Source of the DNA: Candidatus Moraniibacteriota bacterium | Lineage (GTDB): Bacteria; Patescibacteriota; Minisyncoccia; CAIUEV01 | Length of the DNA stretch: 32,000 nucleotides | Reading direction: 5' to 3' | Assembly: GCA_016867255.1 (NCBI GenBank) | Contig: VGKB01000001.1 | Span: forward strand, 1 to 32,000 | In this document: in pieces, positions 23,108-32,000 of the stretch | Numbering within the stretch: position 1 is the stretch's first letter | How the letters are laid out: each line of letters begins with the position of its first letter | Program-made: the position numbers and the translations under genes | Notes under the pieces: model-generated | Told to the model about the DNA's origin: nothing | What the model saw: only the letters and a program-made list of their open reading frames with translations | Databases searched by the model: none

Positions 23108-24769
23108 ATGAGCATCTTGCAAAAACAGGAGCTGTTTCGGGTCATAGACCCGCGTTTTGGCAAAAACAACGTTTATCGTTTCCCGGCGCGAAGGACAATT
23201 TCGCTTGGCCCGGTAATGATTGCTACTATGGTTAACCGTTATTGCCCCGGAATCGTTTCCCGGGTGGTGAGCGAAAATAATTTTCACCGGAAAAGAGGGG
23301 CGCCGATAGGCAAGGACGAGCTTCCCAACCACGCGGCGCTTCAGAGAAAAAGAAAAGCCGATTATATAGGAATTTCAGCCAGCATCACCAACGCGGTGCC
23401 CCGGGCGAAAGAAGTCATAAAAACTTATCTTTCATTGCCGGAACCGCTTTCCCCCCGCTATATTTTGGTGGGCGGCTGGCATGCCGGCGATCTCCCCGAG
23501 GAATTTCTTGAGTTGGGGCGAAATGTGGTAGTCTTCCACGGCGAGGCGGAAGAGAACGTGGTAGCTTTTTTTAAAGCCGTTCGCTCCGGCCAGCCCCTTT
23601 CCGCTGTTCGGGGAATATCATATTGGGATAAGGGTGAGATAAAGAGAAACGGTCCCCGTTTTCCCCTTATTCCCCGTGAGAGGATGGATTTGCTTCCCGC
23701 GCCGGATTTTGGCTTGGTGGATTACGCCAAGATCAAAATCTTTCCCCTCCAGAGGACGCGCGGCTGCAGCGGCAAGTGCCGTTTCTGCCGGGTGAGAACC
23801 CCTCCCCGCTCCATCTCACCGCGCCGGTTTTTAGAACAAGTTGAGATGGTGGTGGGCCAAGGGGGCCGCCGGATCTTTTTTGTGGACGATCACTTTGAGG
23901 GAGATTTGAGAGGCGCCCGCGCCGTCTTGAAAAGACTGGCGTTGCTCCGAGAGAGGAGAATAAAACTAAGGATAACCACCCAGAATCGTCTCTCTCTGGG
24001 AGACGATCCGGAAACCTTACGTTTAATGAGCGAAGCCGGGGTTGAAACGGCCGCGGTGGGCTGTGAATCGCCTATTCCGAAGGAACTCAGAGCTATGCAA
24101 AAGCCCATTGATCATCCGGAAAAAATGGTTGAGTGGGTGCGCGCTTTCTCCCAACAGGGGATAAATCTGCATATGATGCTCATATTTTGCTATCCGATGC
24201 CTCCTTTTTTGGGAGAGTCTCCAAATGGCAAAAGCGATGAATTGCTTTCCGCCAAAGCCCGCTCTCGCTTGTTTTGGCGTTTTATTAAGAACGCCCGCCC
24301 GGCCACCCTGCAAGTTCTGCTTTATACACCTATTCCGGGCACTCCGGACTGGAAATTATTGGAAAACGGCGGTCGCATCCGGCGGGATATGGGCTGGGAA
24401 TACTATGACGGCACCCATCTGGTTTTTAAGCCGGATGAAGGGCTTAACCCTTTGGAGGTTCAGAGAGAAATTGAATGGCTAATGAGAAGGTTTTACGCCT
24501 GGAGAATCATCTGGATGTTCGGCCGGTTTTCTCTTTTGATTCACTTGGCGAAAGTGGGGATAGCTACCGTCTCTATGCCGTTCGTTTGGGCGTCTGAACT
24601 GCCGTTTGTTTATCGCGGCGGCTACGGTTTTAAAAGGTGGTTTCGGACCGCCTGGGAAAAGCCGGTCCGTAAATTTAGGAATGCCATAAACCGCTTCAGC
24701 GCCCAGTGGATAATCCTTGATTGGATGAAGCAGTTTAAGCTCTCCAAATTCAAGGAATATTGGAGCTGA
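23108..24769 (+). CDS. B12-binding-domain radical SAM protein
   Basis: 553 aa. AGGAGGGG lies upstream of the ATG. The CxxxCxxC cluster motif is RGCSGKCRFCRV, preceded by a Rossmann-like cobalamin-binding-type N-domain. The C-terminal extension is hydrophobic. Confidence 0.85.
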   Translation: MSILQKQELFRVIDPRFGKNNVYRFPARRTISLGPVMIATMVNRYCPGIVSRVVSENNFHRKRGAPIGKDELPNHAALQRKRKADYIGISASITNAVPRAKEVIKTYLSLPEPLSPRYILVGGWHAGDLPEEFLELGRNVVVFHGEAEENVVAFFKAVRSGQPLSAVRGISYWDKGEIKRNGPRFPLIPRERMDLLPAPDFGLVDYAKIKIFPLQRTRGCSGKCRFCRVRTPPRSISPRRFLEQVEMVVGQGGRRIFFVDDHFEGDLRGARAVLKRLALLRERRIKLRITTQNRLSLGDDPETLRLMSEAGVETAAVGCESPIPKELRAMQKPIDHPEKMVEWVRAFSQQGINLHMMLIFCYPMPPFLGESPNGKSDELLSAKARSRLFWRFIKNARPATLQVLLYTPIPGTPDWKLLENGGRIRRDMGWEYYDGTHLVFKPDEGLNPLEVQREIEWLMRRFYAWRIIWMFGRFSLLIHLAKVGIATVSMPFVWASELPFVYRGGYGFKRWFRTAWEKPVRKFRNAINRFSAQWIILDWMKQFKLSKFKEYWS

Positions 24770-24795
24770 GCCGGGTTTGAATTCTAAAAGAAAAT

Positions 24796-24834
24796 GCCTG
24801 CGAGACGAGATGTCCATCGCGGGCTTTTTATTTT
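24796..24834 (+). terminator. rho-independent terminator after the radical SAM gene
   Basis: GCCTGCGA-N13-TCGCGGGC (including one G-U pair) is followed by TTTTTATTTT. Confidence 0.65.
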
Positions 24835-25327
24835 AATATGTAGCGTCTAGCACGCATGTCTCCTCCGTAATATAAACCGCTTGCCGCTCTTGCAGGAAAT
24901 TTTGCGGGTTGAGCCAGATTTCGTTTAGCACGGAGGCATCCGGCTCATGGCCGCGAAAGCGTATTCCCGGAACCCTGTAAAGCGCGAAATGCAGGTGTTT
25001 TCTTTCGCCGGCAGTTTCCGGGCTGAAACCCGCGCCGAGATACGCGAGCAACTGCCCCGGCTTGACCCGATTGTCCTGTTTTACTAAAGCGTCGTACAAT
25101 CTAATATGGCCGTAAAGGGCGGTTGAATTTTGATCTTCCAAACTCACTAAAATTACTCCTCCGTAGCCGGCCACCTGCCCAATATATTTTACTGTCCCAG
25201 CCGCTGTAGCATAGACCGGCACATCCCAATTCTCTTCTCCGGGAAAAATCTCCAGGTCATTGCCGGCAGGTGCCCGACCAGCTAGAGTGGATGACGCCCG
25301 GCCGCAGATTTGTCGGAAAACAACCAT
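24833..25327 (-). CDS. M23 (LytM-type) peptidase domain, probably the out-of-frame C-terminal part of the upstream gene
   Basis: PVYATAAGTV, GYGGVILV, LYGHI and KHLHFALY match PF01551. The HxxxD position reads PAGND. The ORF has no N-terminal targeting signal and overlaps 25257-25943 by 71 nt. Confidence 0.7.
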   Translation of the reverse strand: MVVFRQICGRASSTLAGRAPAGNDLEIFPGEENWDVPVYATAAGTVKYIGQVAGYGGVILVSLEDQNSTALYGHIRLYDALVKQDNRVKPGQLLAYLGAGFSPETAGERKHLHFALYRVPGIRFRGHEPDASVLNEIWLNPQNFLQERQAVYITEETCVLDATY

Positions 25328-25943
25328 CCACAGGTATTTTCACTCCATCTAAATAGTAACTCCCCGAACAATGCCACAAAGAGCCGCACCCGGTCGGGAC
25401 GCATTGATTGCTGCTACTGCTATCGGTATTTTTACTTTTGCTGTCGGCACTTTTCTGCTTATTGTTGTTTTTGTTTTTTGTTGTTTTGGTCGTCTTTACT
25501 GTGTTTGTATTGGTGTTTACGCCATTGATAATTTTTTTCCAACTGTTGTCTCCCGAAGAAAAGACTGTTGCGATAATGAAGACAATAACCCCCAGTAAAA
25601 TTATTGCCGCTAACGCTCCGTTCTGAGCTTCGGTTGTCTGCGTGGCCGAAGGCGAGGGAGAAAACGCCATGGGCGCAGAATCGCTTTTTGGCTGTATATC
25701 ATCCTCCAGCCCGCCGAAAAAGAGGTAAAGAAAAATTCGCCACACTACGGCAACAACTACGCAATAAACAACTAAGCCAACGCCGATGGACAGGAGATTC
25801 TGTTGGTTGGTAAAAAATTCAAGCGGTTTGAGCTTTTGGGAAAAGTAAAAATAAGAAATGGCTCCAAAAGGCAATAAATAGACAATTATTTTTGCCAGCC
25901 GATAGTACCATTTCTTTTCCAAAGAAGATTTTTTAATGGCCAT
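25257..25943 (-). CDS. membrane protein whose C-terminus looks like the start of an M23 domain
   Basis: 228 aa with three TM helices, a Thr/Asn/Lys-rich linker and a C-terminal IPVDGCFPTNLRPGVIH that resembles the Pv.G.i.s.fg.R.hP lead-in of M23 peptidases. Confidence 0.55.
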   Translation of the reverse strand: MAIKKSSLEKKWYYRLAKIIVYLLPFGAISYFYFSQKLKPLEFFTNQQNLLSIGVGLVVYCVVVAVVWRIFLYLFFGGLEDDIQPKSDSAPMAFSPSPSATQTTEAQNGALAAIILLGVIVFIIATVFSSGDNSWKKIINGVNTNTNTVKTTKTTKNKNNNKQKSADSKSKNTDSSSSNQCVPTGCGSLWHCSGSYYLDGVKIPVDGCFPTNLRPGVIHSSWSGTCRQ

Positions 25944-26063
25944 GTTTTTATTTTATCATAAATAATCCGGATTATTCAATTAGGTAACTAATAACCGCAT
26001 GTTTATGGAGTTTTCAGAATCCCTTTGATTAAGTCCACGCCGTTGTCTTTGTGCAAAATCATG

Positions 26064-26091
26064 CTGGTAACGTACCAGGGTACGTTACCAG
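26064..26091 (-). terminator. perfect 13-bp inverted repeat abutting the ATPase stop codon
   Basis: CTGGTAACGTACC-ag-GGTACGTTACCAG. On the minus strand it is followed by a weak U-rich tail (CATGATTTTG). Confidence 0.45.
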
Positions 26092-28761
26092 CTACGTTAC
26101 TCTTTTTGGATAAACAAAAAACTTCTTAAATATTTCAATTGCCAACAATTCCAAAAACGCGACCAGGATAATTATAAGCCACTCGACGATCCCCAGGGGC
26201 ACTGTCCCGGTTATTTTCTGAAAAGCCGGCAAGTATACAGCCAGGAACAGAAGGGTCATCCCGATTACAGCTGCCGCATTAAGGTAGTAGTTGGAAAATA
26301 TGTCTTTGCGAAAAACCGGCTTTCTGAGTGAACGGACACAAAAGGCGAATGTCAGCGAGTCAAAAGCAATAAGGGCAAAAACCAGCGTCCGCACCCGTTC
26401 TATTTCGGGAATTATGTTAAGCGCGGAGAGGTAAAGCAGAAACGCTGCCAAGCCGTTGATAAGAAAAATCGCCGCCATCCATTTTTTTAAATCCCTCCCA
26501 ATAATAGGAGCATTTGGTTTTCTGGGCTTTTCCTTCATTAAGCCGTCAGTCTCCTTTTCAGTGGTGAGGGCTATGTCGGGGAAACTGTCCTCCACCAAAT
26601 TAATCCAGAGGATTTGGGCGGGTAAAAGCGGCAAAGGAAGTCCCAGGATGGCCGCACCCAGAAAAACGAATACTTCGGAAAAGTCGTCAGCTACCAAGTA
26701 AATGAACACTTTCTTGATGTTTTCAAAAGCCAGCCGGCCCTGTTCAATAGCTTTGTCGATTATGTTAAAATTATTATCAAGCAGGATTAAGTCGGCCACT
26801 TCTTTGGCTATGTCGGTGCCGGATCCCACCACCACGCTTACGTCAGAAGCTTTGAGGGCGGGAGTGTCATTGATCCCGTCACCGAACATAGCTACCACTT
26901 CGCCATTTCCGTGAAGCGCCTTTATTATCTTTAATTTTTGTTCCGGCAGAACCCGAGCAAAAACCTTTACTTTTCTAATCCTTTTTTGCAGGGCTTTGTC
27001 GGCGATTGACATGAGTTCCGCCCCCTCCATAACTTCCTCTTTTTTAATTGCCATTCCGACTTCCTTGGCAATCGCCCAAGCGGTGTTTTTGTGGTCTCCC
27101 GTTACCATAATCAGTTTGATTCCCGCTTTTTTGATTTTTTCCACCGTTTCTTTGACTTGGTTTCTCACCGGGTCTTTGAGAGCGACAAGCCCGACAAAAA
27201 CTAACTCTTTGGCGGAATCTTCCAGATTGTCCGGATCTTTTTCAAAATCGCGGTAAGCACACGCCACCAACCGCAGGCCTTTCGCGGAAAGCCGGTTTAT
27301 CTTGGTATCGATTTTTCCAGCTAATTCCCGACCCAGCCGGATTGTTTTTCCGTTTTCGTAGAACCAGTTGGATTTGGCGAGAATTTTTTCCGGCGCCCCC
27401 AAAGAAAACAATCTTCTTTCGTCTTTGTTTTTCTTTCTCAAGTAAAAAGCCAGTTTTAAATCGGAATTGAAACAAACCTTTTTCACCAACGGATAGTTTT
27501 CTTCTAGTCGTTTTAGGTCAAGTCCCGACTGGATGCCCGCTTCCAACAGAGCTTTCTCCGTAAAACGGCCTCTTATCACCGGCTGGTGTAATTCGTCCCC
27601 CGGCTTTTCGAAGTATGCCTCATTGGCAAGGGAGGCTACCTCCAGGACAAAAAGGCGGGAGCCGGAAATTTTTTCCAATGGGCCAAATCCTTTTGGGAGG
27701 TTGCGGACGGAAAAGTCGCGAATTCCTGTCAGAATTCGGCTTACTTTCATCTCTCCTTCGGTAAGCGTCCCAGTTTTATCGGTGCAAACCACGGTCACGC
27801 TTCCTAGAGCTTCCGTGGCAGAGAGCCTTTTTACCACCCCTTTTTCCCCGAGCACCCTTTTCATGGCAAAAACCAGAATGATGGTAATTGCCGGCAACAG
27901 TCCCTCGGGAATGGCGGAAACGCTCAATGCCAAGGCGGCTGAAAAGACTTCGGTAAGATCTTTTTCGGTGTAATATCCCAGGATAACTAATGCGAAAGCG
28001 ACGGTCACTACAAAAAAACCAATGAATTTTGACAAATAGGCAATTTTTTTCTGGACGGGGGTCTTGGGCTCCTCGGTTTCAGCCAATACTTTTACCACCC
28101 TTCCGAACTCAGTCCCATTTCCAGTGGCAACGACTATCGCCTTGGCTTCGCCCTGTTCCACGGTGGTTCCCGCAAAAACCATGTTCTTCCTGGCGGTTAT
28201 TTCGGTTTCTCCGTCCAATATGGCGCCGGTTTCTTTTACGACTTCCCGGGATTCTCCGGTCAGGCTGGCTTCATTAACGTTCAGTCCGTTAACTTTAATA
28301 AGGCGCGCGTCGGCGGGAACGCTGTCCCCTGCCCGCAGAAAAACAACGTCTCCCGGAACCAGGTCTTCGCCGCCAATTTCTTTTCGGCCGCCGTCCCTCA
28401 GGACTTTTACTCTTGTCCCAACCATTCTCTTGAGCAGTTTCAGGGATTCGTTGGCCTTTCTCTCCTGATAGAAGCCGACGGTCGTGTTGACCAGCACGAC
28501 CAGTATGACAAAAATCGAATCCGAATAGTTGCCCATGAAAAAAGACACGACGACCACCGCCGACAATATGTACATCAAGGGGCTTTTGAACTGGCGCAAG
28601 AATAACGTAAGATTTGAAACGCTTTTTTTCTGAGGCAGGACGTTCAGTCCAAATTGCCTTTGGCGGGAAGCAGCTTCTTCGGAACTAAGGCCTTGGAGAG
28701 AAGTCTCTAATTTTTTTGCGGTTTGGGCAGCCGAATAAGTGTGCCAGGGCGAGCTTGCCAT
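26092..28761 (-). CDS. P2-type cation-transporting ATPase, probably Ca2+
   Basis: 889 aa with DKTGTLT, TGES, the PEGL TM4 motif, TGDHKNTA and GDGINDTPALK. Confidence 0.9.
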   Translation of the reverse strand: MASSPWHTYSAAQTAKKLETSLQGLSSEEAASRQRQFGLNVLPQKKSVSNLTLFLRQFKSPLMYILSAVVVVSFFMGNYSDSIFVILVVLVNTTVGFYQERKANESLKLLKRMVGTRVKVLRDGGRKEIGGEDLVPGDVVFLRAGDSVPADARLIKVNGLNVNEASLTGESREVVKETGAILDGETEITARKNMVFAGTTVEQGEAKAIVVATGNGTEFGRVVKVLAETEEPKTPVQKKIAYLSKFIGFFVVTVAFALVILGYYTEKDLTEVFSAALALSVSAIPEGLLPAITIILVFAMKRVLGEKGVVKRLSATEALGSVTVVCTDKTGTLTEGEMKVSRILTGIRDFSVRNLPKGFGPLEKISGSRLFVLEVASLANEAYFEKPGDELHQPVIRGRFTEKALLEAGIQSGLDLKRLEENYPLVKKVCFNSDLKLAFYLRKKNKDERRLFSLGAPEKILAKSNWFYENGKTIRLGRELAGKIDTKINRLSAKGLRLVACAYRDFEKDPDNLEDSAKELVFVGLVALKDPVRNQVKETVEKIKKAGIKLIMVTGDHKNTAWAIAKEVGMAIKKEEVMEGAELMSIADKALQKRIRKVKVFARVLPEQKLKIIKALHGNGEVVAMFGDGINDTPALKASDVSVVVGSGTDIAKEVADLILLDNNFNIIDKAIEQGRLAFENIKKVFIYLVADDFSEVFVFLGAAILGLPLPLLPAQILWINLVEDSFPDIALTTEKETDGLMKEKPRKPNAPIIGRDLKKWMAAIFLINGLAAFLLYLSALNIIPEIERVRTLVFALIAFDSLTFAFCVRSLRKPVFRKDIFSNYYLNAAAVIGMTLLFLAVYLPAFQKITGTVPLGIVEWLIIILVAFLELLAIEIFKKFFVYPKRVT

Positions 28762-28837
28762 TTTAGTATTTCTGGTATTTAGGGTAACTCATTTTACTAA
28801 ATCTTTTATTATAAGTATTTCGAAATTCCGATCATAG

Positions 28838-29806
28838 TTATTCCGATATAATTGGCAATAAAAACTCTTTATGAATATATATTTCCGTGACAAGAAACAA
28901 CAGATAAAACGCAAAAAGAACCAGTCCTTCCCTGCGCGATATTGTGTTTTTAGTTCTGGCAAAATGGTAGAAAGCCAGAAGTCCGACAACTAGAAACAAC
29001 AAACTCACTAAGTAACTGTTGGTGAGAATGACCGCCTCCCCGTTTATCAATGTCAGTATGCCGAGAAGGAAAGTGTTAAAAGAAGCGCTCCCTACATAAT
29101 TGCCGAAAGCTATCTGGTTGCTTTTCATAAACACAGAGCGGACAACGAAAGAAAGTTCCGGGATATTAGTTCCAACCCCAATGACCAGTAAACTTATTAA
29201 AAACGGTGACAGGTTAAAAATCTGCGAAAAATGCAAGGTTTGCTCGACAATAAACCGGCTGGCGATGAAAATGGTGGCGATCCCAAAACTTATCCTGAGA
29301 AATTCTCGGCTTGTCCTTGTAACTAAACCAGGGTTGACGTTTTTAATTTTTTCCAATATACCTCTTTTTAATTGGATGGCAATGATTAAAGAAGCAAAAA
29401 ATGCTAACGAAATCAAAGCGTCTATTCTGTCTATCCGGCCATCCATAGCAAGGACAACGGAGAGGGAGATGACCGTCAGGGATGCCGGCAGGTTAAAACC
29501 CCGTAATTCAGCGTTAACTCTTATTTTACTGCCGGTAATTGCTAGAAGCGGAATTATCAGCATAAAAACCACGATACAGCCTCCGATAAGATTGCCTACG
29601 TATATTTCAGGATCATTTGTGAGAATAGAGTTTATCCCGACTGAAAATTCGGTAATGGAGGTGAAGAATCCCAATACCAAAAAGGATATCGTGAAACAAG
29701 AGATTTTTAAAGCTCTTGATAGCCGCTCGACTGATTTTATTATTATCCCCGAACCGATCCAAACACCAGCGAAAGACAGGACGTAGATCAAAATATGGTT
29801 TATCAT
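28838..29806 (-). CDS. CaCA-family Na+/Ca2+ (cation/Ca2+) exchanger, YrbG-like
   Basis: 322 aa with about 10 TM helices and two alpha-repeat signatures (GNLIGGCIV and GNYVGSASFN). Confidence 0.85.
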   Translation of the reverse strand: MINHILIYVLSFAGVWIGSGIIIKSVERLSRALKISCFTISFLVLGFFTSITEFSVGINSILTNDPEIYVGNLIGGCIVVFMLIIPLLAITGSKIRVNAELRGFNLPASLTVISLSVVLAMDGRIDRIDALISLAFFASLIIAIQLKRGILEKIKNVNPGLVTRTSREFLRISFGIATIFIASRFIVEQTLHFSQIFNLSPFLISLLVIGVGTNIPELSFVVRSVFMKSNQIAFGNYVGSASFNTFLLGILTLINGEAVILTNSYLVSLLFLVVGLLAFYHFARTKNTISRREGLVLFAFYLLFLVTEIYIHKEFLLPIISE

Positions 29807-29897
29807 CTTACTGTTTTATTCTTGGGAATTTTATTCTTCGGTTTTTTGGTTTTGACTTTCTTTATCTTTGTTTTTAATAGCGTAGTCAGGTTAAAAA

Positions 29898-29906
29898 TGA
29901 TATAAT
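29898..29906 (+). promoter_or_regulatory. candidate extended -10 promoter for the GH130/GT4 genes
   Basis: TGaTATAAT lies about 85 nt upstream of ATG 29991. Confidence 0.4.
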
Positions 29907-29990
29907 ATACATAGTAAGGTATATTTATTCTTAGAGCGCAAATACTTTTATAGGGTTACTTTGAACATAATAAACTAACAAAAAGTGTAA

Positions 29991-31019
29991 ATGTTGGATA
30001 TCAAAGATGAGGGTGTTATTCTAGAAAAGAGCAAACACAAATTTGAAAACGAAGCAGTTTTAAACCCCGGTTGCATCGAGGAAAACGAGGTTATTCACAT
30101 GTTTTATCGGGCAGTCGAAAAAGGAAATTATTCAACTTTGGGCTATTGCCAATTGGACAAAAACAATCGCTTGATCGAAAGACACGATAAACCATTTATG
30201 GTTCCACAATTTGATTATGAAAAACACGGCATCGAGGATCCCAGAATACAAAAAATTGGCGATACATATTATCTTTTTTATACCGCATATGACGGGAAGA
30301 ACGCCCGGATTGCTTATGCCTTAAGCCGGGATTTGAAAACTTTTGAAAAAAGGGGGTTAGTTTCCCCCTCAATGACATATGACGAGGCGGAAGATATCTT
30401 CCGGAAATCCTGCGGACTCCAAGAAAAATATTTTCTCTTCGAATCTTTTTATAAAGAGAAGCACGGATTGGATGTTTTGCTTTGGGAAAAAGACGCTTTT
30501 CTCCTCCCGGAGAAAATTAAGGGAAAATTTGTGCTATTCCACCGGATTTTGCCGGGAATCCAAATCGTACACTTCAAGGATTTTGAAGAGCTTAAATCCA
30601 TTGCATTCTGGAAGGAATATTTAAAAAATTTGGGGAAGAACATTGTCATAGATCCAAAAAATTGGTTCGAGATAAGGAATGTGGGCGGAGGATGCCCGCC
30701 GATAGAAACAAAAAAGGGATGGCTTTTAATTTATCATGCGGTGGAAGATACTAATCATGGCAAAGTGTACCATGCCGCGGTAGCCCTTCTTGATAAGAAA
30801 AATCCTTTGAAAGTGTTGAGCCGATTGAATTATCCCCTTTTTTCCCCAAACGAACCATGGGAAAGAATAGGAGTTGTAAACAATGTGGTTTTTCCAACTA
30901 GCGCCATCTTAAGATCTGGGCGAGTCACCGTGTTCTACGGAGCCGCGGACCAATTAATTGCGGCTAAATCCTTTAAGCTTTCTGACCTTTTAGATGAGCT
31001 CAAAAAAAACAAGGGGTAA
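29991..31019 (+). CDS. GH130-family glycoside phosphorylase/hydrolase (DUF377)
   Basis: 342 aa with VLNPGCI, GIEDPRIQKIGDTYYLFYTAYDG and IYHAV, typical of the GH130 beta-propeller family. Confidence 0.85.
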   Translation: MLDIKDEGVILEKSKHKFENEAVLNPGCIEENEVIHMFYRAVEKGNYSTLGYCQLDKNNRLIERHDKPFMVPQFDYEKHGIEDPRIQKIGDTYYLFYTAYDGKNARIAYALSRDLKTFEKRGLVSPSMTYDEAEDIFRKSCGLQEKYFLFESFYKEKHGLDVLLWEKDAFLLPEKIKGKFVLFHRILPGIQIVHFKDFEELKSIAFWKEYLKNLGKNIVIDPKNWFEIRNVGGGCPPIETKKGWLLIYHAVEDTNHGKVYHAAVALLDKKNPLKVLSRLNYPLFSPNEPWERIGVVNNVVFPTSAILRSGRVTVFYGAADQLIAAKSFKLSDLLDELKKNKG

Positions 31020-31020
31020 A

Positions 31021-32000
31021 ATGTTGACAACCCCTCAAAAACCATGCGTGGTTTTTGTGTCTAGTTTGTCACATCGCAAGTGTGGGATCGCGAAATTCAC
31101 CCGCGATCTGCTGAATTCTGCTAATAGTCTATTTGGAGAAAAAGTTGATTTTAAGCGGGTAGTGGTATTCAATGAAAAAGAAAAAAACGATCCTACCCCG
31201 AAAAATTTTATTTACAAAATAGATAAGAATCACAAGGCAAGCTATGGCAGATGCGCCAAATTTCTTAACAAGAACAATCAAGTTAAGTTAATAAGCATCC
31301 AGCATGAATTCGGATTATTCGGGGGTGCCTATGGAAACTATATTCTTTCGTTTCTGAAAGAAATTAAAAAACCGGTAGTTCTAACCTTGCATACCGTAAT
31401 TCCAAAACCAGACAAGGCGTATTTCTCCTTGGTGAAAAAAATGGGGGCAAGATCGGAAGAAATAGTAGCTATGACCAAAAGGTCAAAGAAAATTCTTATT
31501 AAAGAGTACTTTCTCCCCCAAAACAAAATTAAAATTATTCCTCACGGTATCCCATCTTTTCATTACGAAGACAATAACCAGATTAAAAAAAATTTAGGCC
31601 TGGAGAAAGAATTATTGGTATTTACTCACGGTTTTTTAAGTCGCAACAAGGGCATTGAGTATGTGATTGAAGCCCTGCCGGGGGTAATAAAAAGATACCC
31701 CCGCCTGCTTTATCTGTTGGCTGGCCGGACTCACCCGAATGTAATTATTCAGGAGGGCGAAAGCTACCGTTCTTTCCTTTTGAATAAAATAAAATACTTG
31801 GGAATTCGGAAAAACGTTAAGTTTATTAACCGATTTATCACCACTCGCGAATTGGTTGATTATTTAAAGGCAAGCGACATTTATATTTCAACTTCGCTTG
31901 ATCCGCAGCAAGCGGTGTCGGGGACCTTCGCTTACGCATTGGGTTCAGGAAGGCCAATTATCTCAACGGCTTTTGCTCATTCTAAAGAAGAACTGAAAAA
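31021..32000 (+). CDS. family 4 (GT-B) glycosyltransferase, 3'-truncated by the window edge
   Basis: Not in the ORF track because it has no stop. I translated it manually from ATG 31021, one nt after the GH130 stop, and it stays open to position 32000. IQHEFGLFGG, RNKGIEYVIEAL and SGTFAYALGSGRPIIST fit GT4. Confidence 0.8.
   Translation, partial: MLTTPQKPCVVFVSSLSHRKCGIAKFTRDLLNSANSLFGEKVDFKRVVVFNEKEKNDPTPKNFIYKIDKNHKASYGRCAKFLNKNNQVKLISIQHEFGLFGGAYGNYILSFLKEIKKPVVLTLHTVIPKPDKAYFSLVKKMGARSEEIVAMTKRSKKILIKEYFLPQNKIKIIPHGIPSFHYEDNNQIKKNLGLEKELLVFTHGFLSRNKGIEYVIEALPGVIKRYPRLLYLLAGRTHPNVIIQEGESYRSFLLNKIKYLGIRKNVKFINRFITTRELVDYLKASDIYISTSLDPQQAVSGTFAYALGSGRPIISTAFAHSKEELK

Noticed and set aside
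21300-25300. Apparent GC-richer block as evidence of horizontal transfer
   Set aside because: Spot counts of individual lines gave about 50-65% GC here, but nrdD lines gave about 50% too. Without a computed sliding-window profile the difference is not demonstrable, so no claim is made.
26456-28468. Multiple plus-strand ORFs of 70-146 aa inside the P-type ATPase gene
   Set aside because: They are antisense shadow ORFs within an 889-aa gene that carries all P-type ATPase signature motifs.
1-32000. CRISPR arrays, rRNA genes, transposases, integrases or reverse transcriptases
   Set aside because: None was found on either strand. The only repeats are the 36-bp direct repeat pair, the 157-bp hairpin element pair and the 29-nt element triplet described above.

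Overview
The gene content suggests a chromosomal segment from a small-genome, strictly anaerobic, uncultivated bacterium, possibly CPR/Patescibacteria-like; this is an inference and no search was run. Well-supported genes are rubrerythrin and desulfoferrodoxin, tRNA-Pro(UGG), an MntA/HepT toxin-antitoxin pair, an NYN-domain RNase-like gene, tRNA-Thr(GGU), a PilO-like protein, a GT2 glycosyltransferase, RuvX/YqgF, class III ribonucleotide reductase NrdD, an unusually long LeuRS, LexA, a two-subunit [NiFe]-hydrogenase with its maturation protease, a B12-binding radical SAM protein, an M23 peptidase domain, a P2-type cation ATPase next to a CaCA exchanger, and a GH130 plus GT4 pair. About 5 kb (17.8-22.9 kb) encodes membrane or secreted proteins I cannot assign. 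I found no CRISPR array, rRNA, transposase or recognisable complete defence system. The most interesting signals lie outside the ORFs or are anomalies within known genes. (1) A 157-bp hairpin-forming, MITE-like element occurs twice in inverted orientation (6204-6360 and 13684-13840). (2) The NYN gene is bracketed by perfect 36-bp direct repeats, has a promoter plus an intrinsic terminator in its own leader, and is followed by an unassigned structured region; it sits in a tRNA-bounded islet with MntA/HepT. (3) A 29-nt GTTTCAAG-type element recurs at the 5' edges of the lexA, ruvX and pilO-like genes. (4) NrdD stops before the second zinc-ribbon Cys pair and the glycyl-radical loop. (5) LeuRS carries an insertion of about 165 aa after the CP1 editing domain. 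(6) The hydrogenase is minimal, with a 157-aa small subunit. (7) A membrane-anchored M23 peptidase appears to be split by a frameshift. All functional readings of these signals are hypotheses that need database and expression checks.
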